DNA of 64,000 bases from an uncultured bacterium (GTDB lineage Bacteria > Latescibacterota > MWCZ01), in contig CAZEAI010000001.1 in assembly GCA_964510105.1 (NCBI GenBank), forward strand, positions 6,200 through 70,199, given 5' to 3'. The notes under the pieces were generated by a model. The model ran no database searches and was not told the DNA's origin. It was given only the letters and a program-made list of their open reading frames with translations. Shown here in pieces: positions 36,489 through 46,284 of the stretch. Position 1 is the stretch's first letter; each line of letters begins with the position of its first letter. The translations under genes and the position numbers were made by a program.

Positions 36489-39365
36489 TCAGGCGGACGA
36501 CTCGAACCACTCGACAAGTTCGTCGAGCATCTCGTTCTTCGTATCGTAGGCGCGGTGCCCCGTCGGCAGCGACCCGAGAAATGCGCGCCCGAACCGCTCC
36601 GTAACGACCCGCGTGTCCAGGATGAGCACCGCTCCATGGTCGGACTGCGATCGGATCAGCCTCCCGAAGCCCTGGCGGAAGCGTATCGCCGCTTCGGGAA
36701 CCGTCATGTGCAGGAACGGGTCGCGCCCCTCCGCACGGAGCTGTTCGCCCTGGGCGATTACAAGCGGCTCGCTCGGAACGCCGAATGGTAGCCGCACTAT
36801 TACGAGCTGCTCAAGCGCATCGCCCGGCACGTCGACGCCCTGCCAGAAGCTCTCCGTGCCGAACAGCACGCTGCCTCGATCGTTGCGGAACGTCTCCGCG
36901 ATGTTCGACCGCGATCCGCCCTGGCCCTGTGCGAGAAGCAGGATGCCGTGGCTCGTGATCTCGTCGCGAAGAGCGCGGTAGGTATCGTTGAGCTGGCGGT
37001 AGCTCGTGAAAAGCACGAGCGTGCCGCGCCGTGTGCGAAGGATTATGTCGCGCACGAGATCGGTCACGGCCGGTTGGAACCCCCTGTGCTTGGGGCTCGG
37101 CAGCCAGGCGGGCACAGCCACCAGCACTTGCTTGTCGAAGTCGAACGGCGAACCGACCGCCAGCGTGCGCACGCGTTCCGCCAACGTGTCCGTCAGCCCC
37201 ATGCGATCGAGGAAGTACTTGAATTTCCCAGCGACTGCGAGAGTAGCGCTGGTCATCACGCAACTGCGAAGATCCGGGAAGAACTTCTCGCGAAGCTGCT
37301 CGCCCACGTTCAGCGGCGCCGCGTAGAGACGAACCGAGTGCGCGCCCTCATCGGGGGGTATCTCGTACCAGTACACGAAATCCTGCCGTTCGGCCTCGGT
37401 GATGTCGACGATGAGCGTCACAAGCCCCGCGAGTTCGGCAAGCCGGTTGTCCAGATCCGCGACGAATTCGTCGCGCGACGGAAGCTGCCCCGCATCCAGC
37501 TCGCGCAACCACTCGGTGAGGGCCGATACCTCCGCGCCGAGTGCCTCAACCGCCGCGCAGAGCCCGTCTCGCTCGTCGAGAGCATCGTCGAACGGCAGGT
37601 TCTCCGACGTGAACCGCTCCTTGTGAGCGAATCTGTCCATCTTGTCCGGTCGCGGAAGCGTATCGTTCAGGTGCCCGAAGAACGCCTGCGCCGCCTTGGT
37701 AACCGCACCGACGGCGTCCGTTGCGCGGGCTGTCTGAACCTGGAACGTCTTCGCCCTGTCGCTCGGGATGGCGCTGTTGGGGATCTCGCGGTTCACGCGG
37801 GCAAGCAGACCACTCTCACCCGCCTCGCGGTGGTAGAGCCGGTTCAGCAGGTCGCGGACTTCCCACCACGACAGCGCTGACCCGAGGTAGTCCGTCGCGA
37901 CGCGTTCAAGGTTGTGCGCCTCGTCGATGATGAGATCGCTGAACTCTCCCAGAACCGCGTGATCCGCCGCGAGGTCGCTGAATAGCAGCGAGTGGTTGAT
38001 CACGACGACGTGCGCCTGTTGGGCCGCGCGCCGGACTTTGATGAGGTAGCACTCGTTGTAGTATGGACACGCATTGGGGGAGCACGGCTGCCCCTCGGCC
38101 GAGAGTCTGGACCACAGGCTCCGCCCGGGGCCGCCGGCGGTTGAAAACCCTGTATTCTCCGAAATATCGCCGCTCGTAGTCTCGTCCAGCCACGTTGCGA
38201 CGGGCAGCGCGACACCACGTTCGCGCTCGGACGTAACGGACGCGCCGGGCGTAGCGCCGGATCGCCACCGGTTCAGACAGAGGTAGTTCCCTCGCCCTTT
38301 GAGAAGCGCGGCCCGGAACTCCACGCCGAGCGTTCTCTCCAGCAGCGGGAGGTCCTTGTAGAAGAGCTGTTCCTGCAGCGTCTTCGTGTTCGTGCTGACA
38401 ACGAGACGTCTACCGTTACGCACGGCCCAGAGGATCGCGGGAATGAGGTATGCGAGCGACTTGCCGGTTCCTGTACCGGCCTCGCAGACGAGCAGCTCAT
38501 TGTCGTTCAGCGCCTGCGTCACCGCCCGGCCCATGTCGATCTGCGTGTCGCGCACCTCGTAGTTAGGCAACTCCCGCGAAAGCTGCCCGTCCGGGCCAAG
38601 CACCTGCTCGACCGCCACGGGCTTGATCGCCTGCACTACCGGCTCCGGGTCGAGACGGTCGGTGCCAAGGGCTCCGCCGCGGCCGCCGATGACATTCGGT
38701 AGCGAGAGCAGCGACGCGGGATCGACGTGCGGCGCACCGGCCTGAGTTAGACCGTCGCGCGCTTTGCGTTCGATGACGGCGCGCAGGACATCCACCACCG
38801 GTCCGATGGCGTCCGAATCCGCCGGCGGCGCGTCCACCGCCAGCGCGGATAGCTCCTGAAGCCGCCCGAGTGTGCGCGCACCGAGAGTGCCGCAGAGGCA
38901 TTCCACGACATCCGCCAAGGAGCGCGATTGCGTGGCCGCCGCCGTCAGCCCGTACGCCGCGATTACCGTCGGGAGTTTGTGATCGCGGAGACGCGGAAGC
39001 GCGACTCGCGAAAGCTCAAGGGTGTCGTAGACCGCTCCGGCCGCCAAGGTGGCGTTCCCGGCCTCAAGGAACCCAACGTGGAAGGGAGCGTTATGCGCCA
39101 TCAGCGGCAATTCCCCCGCGAAAGCCATGAAGTCCGCAAGGGCGGTACGCAATCGCGGAGCGTGCTCCACATCTTGAGCCGAGATTCCGGTCATCGACTC
39201 TATGGTTGGGGGGATATCCGATTCGGGCTGGACGAACGTGGCGAACTCGTCGGTTGGCTCGCCCGACTCAATCCGCGTCGCGGTGATGCGTATGATCTCG
39301 GCCCGTTCGGCGTCGATACCGGTGGTTGCGAGATCGAACGCGACGTAGTGGTCGAGAATTCCCAT
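36489..39365 (-). CDS. dinG: DinG/YoaA family helicase with N-terminal DnaQ-like exonuclease domain
   Basis: 'EAGTGTGKS', 'KGRGNYLC', Fe-S Cys cluster, 'IDEAH', 'TSATL', 'QGFGRLIR'; N-terminal 'FDLATTG..AHNAPF'. Confidence 0.9.
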   Translation of the reverse strand: MGILDHYVAFDLATTGIDAERAEIIRITATRIESGEPTDEFATFVQPESDIPPTIESMTGISAQDVEHAPRLRTALADFMAFAGELPLMAHNAPFHVGFLEAGNATLAAGAVYDTLELSRVALPRLRDHKLPTVIAAYGLTAAATQSRSLADVVECLCGTLGARTLGRLQELSALAVDAPPADSDAIGPVVDVLRAVIERKARDGLTQAGAPHVDPASLLSLPNVIGGRGGALGTDRLDPEPVVQAIKPVAVEQVLGPDGQLSRELPNYEVRDTQIDMGRAVTQALNDNELLVCEAGTGTGKSLAYLIPAILWAVRNGRRLVVSTNTKTLQEQLFYKDLPLLERTLGVEFRAALLKGRGNYLCLNRWRSGATPGASVTSERERGVALPVATWLDETTSGDISENTGFSTAGGPGRSLWSRLSAEGQPCSPNACPYYNECYLIKVRRAAQQAHVVVINHSLLFSDLAADHAVLGEFSDLIIDEAHNLERVATDYLGSALSWWEVRDLLNRLYHREAGESGLLARVNREIPNSAIPSDRAKTFQVQTARATDAVGAVTKAAQAFFGHLNDTLPRPDKMDRFAHKERFTSENLPFDDALDERDGLCAAVEALGAEVSALTEWLRELDAGQLPSRDEFVADLDNRLAELAGLVTLIVDITEAERQDFVYWYEIPPDEGAHSVRLYAAPLNVGEQLREKFFPDLRSCVMTSATLAVAGKFKYFLDRMGLTDTLAERVRTLAVGSPFDFDKQVLVAVPAWLPSPKHRGFQPAVTDLVRDIILRTRRGTLVLFTSYRQLNDTYRALRDEITSHGILLLAQGQGGSRSNIAETFRNDRGSVLFGTESFWQGVDVPGDALEQLVIVRLPFGVPSEPLVIAQGEQLRAEGRDPFLHMTVPEAAIRFRQGFGRLIRSQSDHGAVLILDTRVVTERFGRAFLGSLPTGHRAYDTKNEMLDELVEWFESSA

Positions 39366-39372
39366 GCCCGCC

Positions 39373-39918
39373 TCACTCACCGGTGGATCGCAGATCGGTG
39401 AGCATCTCCAGGAACCGTTCGTAGTGCTCGGCGAGCGATGCTTCGCCGCCGTCGGGCCAGCCGTACTGGAGGTTGAAGTACCCATCCCGTGGGGCTTCGA
39501 ACCCAACACGGAGTTCGGCGCCACTCAGTACGCACAGATAGGCGCTCGCCTGCTGGAATCTGGGATTCAGGTCAATCGCCACACGCGGCTTCAGGCGCTG
39601 GATCTGCTGCACGACGGGTTTGTGCGGTAGCCCCCACCGATTGACGGCGTTTGGTATCGCTGTGATGGGAAGTGGCGTATTCGGCGTGTCCGGCTCAGTG
39701 CCGCCGCTTCCGAGCCAGAGCGCATTGACAGGGCTGAACCACTTCTGGAAGCGCCCGGCGACCGCAGCTCCCTCCGCTACGTGCCGGATATCGGTCGGAA
39801 GGCATACGAGGGCGCGGCCACCACCGCGTAGCGCGGCACGCACTTCGACGGTGAAGAGATCGCGGCGACTCAGTCGCCATTTCGCCCAGACATGGCCGAC
39901 GGCATGCAGCACACTCAC
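39373..39918 (-). CDS. Hypothetical protein resembling the GT9 heptosyltransferase N-terminal half (DUF6913-like)
   Basis: 'VAIDLN..SAYLCVLSGAELRVGF..FNL'; translationally coupled to pheA. Confidence 0.55.
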   Translation of the reverse strand: MSVLHAVGHVWAKWRLSRRDLFTVEVRAALRGGGRALVCLPTDIRHVAEGAAVAGRFQKWFSPVNALWLGSGGTEPDTPNTPLPITAIPNAVNRWGLPHKPVVQQIQRLKPRVAIDLNPRFQQASAYLCVLSGAELRVGFEAPRDGYFNLQYGWPDGGEASLAEHYERFLEMLTDLRSTGE

Positions 39919-40784
39919 GACGCCCGGCCCACAGCGCGTTCCAACACGAGCGAGCCGTCGGCTACGGGACCCGTCCGATAGCAGCCGAGCACACGCAGGA
40001 ACGACGTGAGTTCGCCCATGTGATCCAGCGCCTTGCCGATGTTCTCCTCGTCAGCGTTTCCAGCGAAATCGAGGTAGAACATGTATTCCCACGGCGTCCC
40101 CAGCAGCGGGCGGGACTCGATCTTCTGGAGGTCGATGTCGCGCAACGCGAATACGCCCAACGCCTTGAACAGCATCCCCGGCTCATGGTGCAGAGCGAAT
40201 ACGATGGAGACCTTGTCTCCCGGCTCGGCGGGCGGGTTGCGCTCAATCGCGAGGAACCGCGTGTAATTCTCGTGATTGCTCTCGATGCCCGACGCAAGGA
40301 CCTCAAGCTCGTAGTCCGCGGCGGCCTGCGCGCTAGCGATCGCGGCCGTATCGCGAGCGCCAGACCCCTTGAGTTCTCGTACCGCGCCGGCGGTATCGTA
40401 CACAGGTGCCGCCTCCGCCCCTTCGATACCTCGGACGAAATCGCGGCACTGGGCGAGCGCCTGAGGATGGGAAATAACGCGTCGAACTTCCTCGATCTTC
40501 ACGCCCGCGTTAACGATAAGATGGTGGACGATTCGCAGCTTGATCTCGCCAACGATGTGTAGGTCGTGCTCCAGCAGCAGGTCGTAGTTCTCGTGGATGC
40601 TGCCGGCAAGGGAGTTCTCGATCGGGACCATCCCGGCGTCCGCGCGCCCGTCGGAGACCCGCTCGAATACCTCGGGAAAGGCCGGCGACGGCAACACCTC
40701 GACCTCGGAGCCGAAATACTCCCGCGCCGCCAACTCGCTATACGCCCCAAGCTCTCCCTGAAACGCCACCGTACGCGCTGACAT
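39915..40784 (-). CDS. pheA: Prephenate dehydratase
   Basis: 'VAFQGELGAYSE', 'PIENS', 'SHPQALAQC', 'NYTRF', ACT domain 'IESRP'. Confidence 0.95.
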   Translation of the reverse strand: MSARTVAFQGELGAYSELAAREYFGSEVEVLPSPAFPEVFERVSDGRADAGMVPIENSLAGSIHENYDLLLEHDLHIVGEIKLRIVHHLIVNAGVKIEEVRRVISHPQALAQCRDFVRGIEGAEAAPVYDTAGAVRELKGSGARDTAAIASAQAAADYELEVLASGIESNHENYTRFLAIERNPPAEPGDKVSIVFALHHEPGMLFKALGVFALRDIDLQKIESRPLLGTPWEYMFYLDFAGNADEENIGKALDHMGELTSFLRVLGCYRTGPVADGSLVLERAVGRAS

Positions 40785-41000
40785 GCACCCCCTCCAAGCA
40801 TCGACCGTCGCTTCAACGGACGCCCAACCGAACCCCGTGTCCAGCGGCCCATTTTATGGTAGCTCGCCTCCTCGAACATGTCCAGTGGGTGCGCCACCAG
40901 GTCAGAGCCGGTCGTCCAGCGGTTTGACGCCCACCCACCGGTGCGTAGCTTTCACGTGGACGCTGACCGGCCGATGCCAATGGAGCGCGCGGAATCATCC

Positions 41001-41645
41001 ATGAGAGTCGCTGGGAGCACACGGACGATCACAGCCGCTCTTGCGGCAACACTCGCTCTCGCGAACGCCTCCGGAGGCGTTGAGATAAGGTGGGCAGCGA
41101 CATCCGGCATCGGGTACCTGACAGAGATTCACAACCACGTCGATCCGTCGCCGCGCCTTGCCGCCGAGGCCACAACTCGTCTGACGAAGCGAGCGTCGCT
41201 CGGGCTCATGGGCGACTATTCCGTGTACCGTGCGGTCGCGCCGGGGAATTCCGGCTTGCAGTGGCGAGCCCTTGCTCTGGTGCACTGGCGCCCGACAAGC
41301 GGACCGCTGCTCGGCAGGATTGAGCCGTTCGGCCAGTTTGGCATCGGCGCCGGGTCAATGGGTTGGGACTCGCCGACAGCCAGCCAGCGGACACTCGGAC
41401 CGGCGGCACGCCTCGCCATCGGCGCGGATACGTGGATCGGCGGGACATATTCGGTCGTAACGATGCTCAGCCTCGAACGTCTCGACAGCGCGATCATAGA
41501 TTTGAAGCGGCGATACCCGACCATGTTCACGCTGAGCATCGGCGTCTCGATGGTAGCGCCACAGGGCGCGGCGCTTCTTTCAAGGCGCTCCGACAACCTG
41601 CGACAACGCTTCGGTGCGGCACACAGTCCGCGGATGGAACGATGA
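41001..41645 (+). CDS. Hypothetical exported protein (OMP beta-barrel-like)
   Basis: Signal peptide, 'EPFGQFGIGAG' beta strands; stop overlaps the nadE start (ATGA). Confidence 0.5.
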   Translation: MRVAGSTRTITAALAATLALANASGGVEIRWAATSGIGYLTEIHNHVDPSPRLAAEATTRLTKRASLGLMGDYSVYRAVAPGNSGLQWRALALVHWRPTSGPLLGRIEPFGQFGIGAGSMGWDSPTASQRTLGPAARLAIGADTWIGGTYSVVTMLSLERLDSAIIDLKRRYPTMFTLSIGVSMVAPQGAALLSRRSDNLRQRFGAAHSPRMER

Positions 41646-43372
41646 ACGATCTACGGCTTGCTCTGGGTCAGATCAACACCACCGTGGGCGACATCGCGGG
41701 CAACACGCGCACGATGCTCGACTGGATCGAACGCGCTCGCGGGGAAGACGCGGATGTCGTCGCATTCCCCGAGCTGGCGGTGATCGGGTATCCACCCGAG
41801 GACCTGCTCTATCGCCCGGACCTGCTGCGCCGGAATCTGGCAGCGCGAGATGAGATCGTCGCGGCGAGCAAAGGCATGGTCGTCATCTTCGGATTCGCCG
41901 ACGCGCCCGACGACATCTACAATGCCGCCGCCGTGGCCTGCGACGGATCTCTCGCCGGCGTGTACCACAAGGAATTCCTGCCGAACTACGGTGTGTTCGA
42001 CGAGAATCGCTATTTCCAGGCCGGCAACGCCCGGAGCGTATTCGCCGTCGACGGCGTCGTCATCGGCGTGAACATCTGCGAGGACATCTGGTATCCCGGC
42101 GGCCCGGCGGATCACCAGGCCCTCGTCGGCGGCGCGCACGTGATCGTCAACATCTCGGCCTCCCCCTACCATGCAGGGAAAATCGGCGCGCGCGACCGGA
42201 TGATCGCCACCAGGGCGGCGGATAACGACGCGATCGTAGCGTTGGTGAACCTGGTCGGCGGGCAGGACGAACTCGTGTTCGACGGCGGCAGCGTCATCTA
42301 CGATGAAGCGGGGCAGATCCGCGCCCGTGGCAGGCAGTTCGAGGAAGACCTCGTGGTCACCGACGTTTCCCTCGACGCCATATTCGGCTATCGCCTGCGC
42401 GATCCGAGGCGTCGGAAGGAGAAGTATTCCGCGACGCTCCGGGGTGAGGAAGTCCCACGTATCGAACTCGACCTCGCGCCGCGAAGCGAGCGTACCTCCG
42501 CGCCCTCCGGCGAACCCGAACGGCTCGATAGGCTGGACGAGATCTACCGCGCGCTCATGCTCGGCGTTCACGACTACGTTGGAAAGAACGACTTCGATTC
42601 GGTCGTCGTCGCTCTCTCGGGAGGGATCGACTCGGCGCTCACCGCCGCGATCGCGGTCGACGCCCTTGGATGCGATCGTGTGGTGGGGCTCACGATGCCC
42701 TCCCAGTTCAGCTCGGAGGAGACTCGCGGCGACGCGGGCAAGCTCGCCGAGAACCTCGGCATCCGCTTCATCACGCTGCCGATCCTCGACATCAACGAGC
42801 AGTACCTCGATAGCCTCGAAGACGAATTCGCCGGTACCGAGCCCGGCATCGCCGAAGAGAACATCCAGGCACGGATTCGAGGCAATCTGGTCATGGCGCT
42901 CTCGAACAAGTTTGGCTGGCTCGTGCTCACCACCGGCAACAAGAGCGAGATGTCGGTGGGCTACGCCACGCTCTACGGCGATATGGCGGGCGGATTCGCG
43001 GCGCTCAAGGACGTGTACAAGACCACCGTCTACGAGCTGTCGAACTGGCGGAACACGTGGGACGAGGGAGCGCCGATTCCTCCCACAACGATCGAGCGTC
43101 CGCCTTCGGCGGAGCTGCGGCCCGATCAGCGCGATGACGACAGCTTGCCGCCGTACGACATACTCGACCCCATCATCGAGGCGTACGTCGAGCGCGATGA
43201 AACCGTCGCGAGCATCGTGGCCCGCGGATACGACGAAGCGACGGTCCAGGACGTGATCCGCAAGGTCGATCGAGCGGAGTACAAGCGCCGGCAGGCTCCC
43301 CCGGGCATCAAGATCACGCCGCGCGCATTCGGCAAGGATCGCAGGCTACCGATCACGAACCGATCGCACTGA
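41642..43372 (+). CDS. nadE: Glutamine-dependent NAD+ synthetase
   Basis: Nitrilase domain 'FPEL..GYPPEDL', 'ICEDIW'; synthetase 'LSGGIDS', 'ENIQARIRG', 'TGNKSE', 'PPSAEL'. Confidence 0.97.
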   Translation: MNDLRLALGQINTTVGDIAGNTRTMLDWIERARGEDADVVAFPELAVIGYPPEDLLYRPDLLRRNLAARDEIVAASKGMVVIFGFADAPDDIYNAAAVACDGSLAGVYHKEFLPNYGVFDENRYFQAGNARSVFAVDGVVIGVNICEDIWYPGGPADHQALVGGAHVIVNISASPYHAGKIGARDRMIATRAADNDAIVALVNLVGGQDELVFDGGSVIYDEAGQIRARGRQFEEDLVVTDVSLDAIFGYRLRDPRRRKEKYSATLRGEEVPRIELDLAPRSERTSAPSGEPERLDRLDEIYRALMLGVHDYVGKNDFDSVVVALSGGIDSALTAAIAVDALGCDRVVGLTMPSQFSSEETRGDAGKLAENLGIRFITLPILDINEQYLDSLEDEFAGTEPGIAEENIQARIRGNLVMALSNKFGWLVLTTGNKSEMSVGYATLYGDMAGGFAALKDVYKTTVYELSNWRNTWDEGAPIPPTTIERPPSAELRPDQRDDDSLPPYDILDPIIEAYVERDETVASIVARGYDEATVQDVIRKVDRAEYKRRQAPPGIKITPRAFGKDRRLPITNRSH

Positions 43373-43396
43373 CACGGAACGAACCGAGGTACACCG

Positions 43397-43819
43397 ATGC
43401 ATGAGTGGGCCCTCGCCGAGGGCGTTGTCGAAACCGCAAGGCGCGTGGCCTCCGAGCGGGGGCTTCGATCCGTCACGGCGGTTCGTGTGCGAATGGGCGC
43501 GCTTCAGCAGATCGACGACGACATCTTTGGCGAGGCCATCGCGAAGTTCCAGAGCGAGTCCGACGAGGTGCGGAACGCAGAAGTCATCTTCGAGCAGGAA
43601 CCCATACGCGCCGAGTGCCGTCGCTGCGACACCTCGTGGGAAGTCGCAGGGGAGGAGCTTGAGGCGCTTGGCGAGGATGCGTCCGAGGCGATTCACTTCG
43701 TGCCGGAACTCGCGCGCGCCTATCTGCGATGCCCCGAATGCGGCAGCGCCGACTTCGCCGTGGAGCGAGGCCGTGGCGTCTGGATCGAGAGCGTGGAGGG
43801 CGTCGGCGATGAGGATTGA
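43397..43819 (+). CDS. hypA: Hydrogenase nickel metallochaperone HypA (Thermococcales-like)
   Basis: 'MHEWALA', CxxC 'CRRC' ... 'IHFVPEL..YLRCPECGS..GRGV'. Confidence 0.9.
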   Translation: MHEWALAEGVVETARRVASERGLRSVTAVRVRMGALQQIDDDIFGEAIAKFQSESDEVRNAEVIFEQEPIRAECRRCDTSWEVAGEELEALGEDASEAIHFVPELARAYLRCPECGSADFAVERGRGVWIESVEGVGDED

Positions 43820-44564
43820 CCGCGCCGGGGACCCTCGTATCGCCGTGATCGAGCGCAGACTGGAACGCGTCGAGCGAATCGTTGCGGTATCCAGTGGGAA
43901 GGGCGGCGTCGGCAAGAGCCTCGTAGCGGCGACGCTCGCGGCGCTGGTGTCGAAGTCGGGTCGGCGCGCCGGGCTCCTCGACTTCGACTTCGCCGGCTCA
44001 TCGGCGCACCTGGCGCTGGGCGCGGACGGGCTCTACCCGCACGAGGAGTACGGCATCGAACCACCGGTGTTCGCCGGGGTCCACTTCATGTCGCTCGTGC
44101 ACTTCATCGGCGAATCGGCGACGCCGCTGCGCGGCGAGGACGTCACGAACGTCATCACCGAGCTACTCGCTATCACGCAGTGGGGAGAACTTGACGTTCT
44201 CTTCGTGGACATGCCGCCGGGGATCGGCGACACTTCGCTGGACGCGATGCGCCTGCTCCCGCGCGCGGAACACCTGGTGATCACCACGGCATCACGCATG
44301 GCGGTGCCCGTAGTGACGCGCGTCCTGACGCTGCTCCAGGAGCAGGGGGTGCCGATCGCCGGGATCGTGGAGAACATGGCTCGCGATTCCGCCAGTTCGA
44401 TCTCGGATTCGCTCGGCGGCGACTCGGCGCGACTCGTCGGGAGTCTGCCCTTCGACGACCTACTCGAGGGAGCTGTGGGCGACGTTCCAGCGCTGCTGCA
44501 CACGAGCTTCGCCGACGCGCTGCGACCTGTGGCCGCCACACTCGGACTGTTGAGCGATGGCTGA
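43809..44564 (+). CDS. Mrp/MinD-family ATPase, ATPase-type HypB-like
   Basis: 'DPR', 'SGKGGVGKS', 'LLDFDF', 'TPLRG', 'DMPPG', 'VENM'; overlaps hypA; lacks the ApbC CxxC after ENM. Confidence 0.8.
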   Translation: MRIDRAGDPRIAVIERRLERVERIVAVSSGKGGVGKSLVAATLAALVSKSGRRAGLLDFDFAGSSAHLALGADGLYPHEEYGIEPPVFAGVHFMSLVHFIGESATPLRGEDVTNVITELLAITQWGELDVLFVDMPPGIGDTSLDAMRLLPRAEHLVITTASRMAVPVVTRVLTLLQEQGVPIAGIVENMARDSASSISDSLGGDSARLVGSLPFDDLLEGAVGDVPALLHTSFADALRPVAATLGLLSDG

Positions 44565-44588
44565 CCTCGTACGTCAGAGCGCGCGGGT

Positions 44589-46235
44589 GTGACCACCCCC
44601 ACCTCGGCATCCGACGGGGCCGCCGCTCATCCGCCCTCCACCCAGAGGCGGCTGTTCGGATACCTATCGCACCAATTTGCCGGAACCATGACGAGCCGGG
44701 CCATGGGCTTCGTGCGCGAGCTTGTCACGTCGTTCTACTTCGGCGTCAGCTCCGCGGCCGACGCTTTTGTCGTGGCTCTCACGATCCCAACACTCTTCCG
44801 GGACGTGCTCGGCGAGGACGTGGTCGAGCGCTCCTTCATGCCCGGTGTCCGCGAGGAACTCGCCCGGAAGAATTACGACCGCGCGTGGCGCTTGAGTTCG
44901 GCGTCACTGACGTGGATGATCCTCGGCATCACCGCAACGATGGCGCTGGTGTATCTCGCGGCGCCCTGGCTCGTGAATATCGTCGCGCAGGGCATCCATC
45001 AACGGCAAATCGACGAAGGCACGCTCGGCGATATCGTCCGGATGACGCGTCTGCTTGTGCCGTTTATCATGTTCATCGCGCTCGGAGCGTATCTCGGCGG
45101 CCTGCTCTACTACGGATACGACCTCCATCTGCCGTTCAGCCTGGCACCCGCGATGCTCAGCGTAGGCGTTATCGCCTCGCTTGTGCTGCTCACGGAGAGC
45201 ATCGGCGTGTATGCCTTGGCCGTCGGCTTCGTCGCGGGAGCGGCGCTCCAGCTCCTCGTGCAGGTGCCGTTTCTCTGGATACGGCGAGTACGCGAGACTC
45301 GTCCGCGGTACCGCCCGACGCTGATTCCGCCGAAGGGCACCGGCAGGCGCATATCGCGGGAAACTGCCTGGGTCACGCTGCAATCGGTCCTGACGAAGAC
45401 CACCGAGATCGTCGACCGTCGCGTCGCGTCGTTCCTCGCGACGGGCAGCATCAGCAGCCTCTGGTTCTCCGCGCGACTGGTGCAGCTACCTCTCGCCATC
45501 ATCGGTATAGCCATCGGCAGAGCTGTTTCGCCATACCTCTCGGAGAAGATCGCCGTCGGCGACCGCGCGGAATTCAGGAACGCGGTGCTCATCGGCTACC
45601 GATACAACCTGCTGCTCATCCTGCCGGTGACCGGACTGTGCATCGCCCTCGCAGAGCCAATCGTCAGGCTCATCTTCGAGCGTGGCGAATTCGGAGCGCA
45701 CGACACGGCCATGACGGCGCGCGCGTTCTGGTGCTACGCCACGGGGCTGCTGGGCATGTCGCTCTACTCGCTTGGGAGCCGCGTGTGTTCTACGCTGGGC
45801 CGAAATCGCGTCGCCACATTCACCGCCGCGATCGGTGGCGGCGTCAACATCTGGCTCAACTACGTGCTCTCCGCGACGGCGCTCCGACACGGTGGACTCG
45901 CGCTCGCGACGTCCATCGGCTTCACGATCAACTCTGCGCTGCTCTTCACGTGGCTTCACTTGCATCTGAGAGCGGATGCCGCGGGCTTCACCGCGCGCGA
46001 AGTGCTAGCACCGGCGGCGCGAGCAGCGCTCAATACTGCTGCCGCGACAGCGGTGGCATATGCCCTCCACGGGCAGCTCGCATCGACGGCATCAGATGGA
46101 TTCGTGTCGGCGCTAGTGACGGCGGGCTTGCCGCTGGCGGCCGGGCTCGGCGTCTACGCGCTGGTGTCCATTCTGAATCCGCTTCCGGAGGTTATGCCGG
46201 TCGTCAGGCGCCTGCGTGAGCTACTCCACCGTTGA
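44589..46235 (+). CDS. murJ: Lipid II flippase MurJ (MviN)
   Basis: 'SRAMGFVRE..FG..ADAF..IP', 'RLVQLPL', 'FERGEF', 'HGGLALATS'. Confidence 0.9.
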   Translation: MTTPTSASDGAAAHPPSTQRRLFGYLSHQFAGTMTSRAMGFVRELVTSFYFGVSSAADAFVVALTIPTLFRDVLGEDVVERSFMPGVREELARKNYDRAWRLSSASLTWMILGITATMALVYLAAPWLVNIVAQGIHQRQIDEGTLGDIVRMTRLLVPFIMFIALGAYLGGLLYYGYDLHLPFSLAPAMLSVGVIASLVLLTESIGVYALAVGFVAGAALQLLVQVPFLWIRRVRETRPRYRPTLIPPKGTGRRISRETAWVTLQSVLTKTTEIVDRRVASFLATGSISSLWFSARLVQLPLAIIGIAIGRAVSPYLSEKIAVGDRAEFRNAVLIGYRYNLLLILPVTGLCIALAEPIVRLIFERGEFGAHDTAMTARAFWCYATGLLGMSLYSLGSRVCSTLGRNRVATFTAAIGGGVNIWLNYVLSATALRHGGLALATSIGFTINSALLFTWLHLHLRADAAGFTAREVLAPAARAALNTAAATAVAYALHGQLASTASDGFVSALVTAGLPLAAGLGVYALVSILNPLPEVMPVVRRLRELLHR

Positions 46236-46284
46236 CTGTGAGACTCACGGGCGGTACGATCGAAGGTCGAGGAGGAGGATCATC

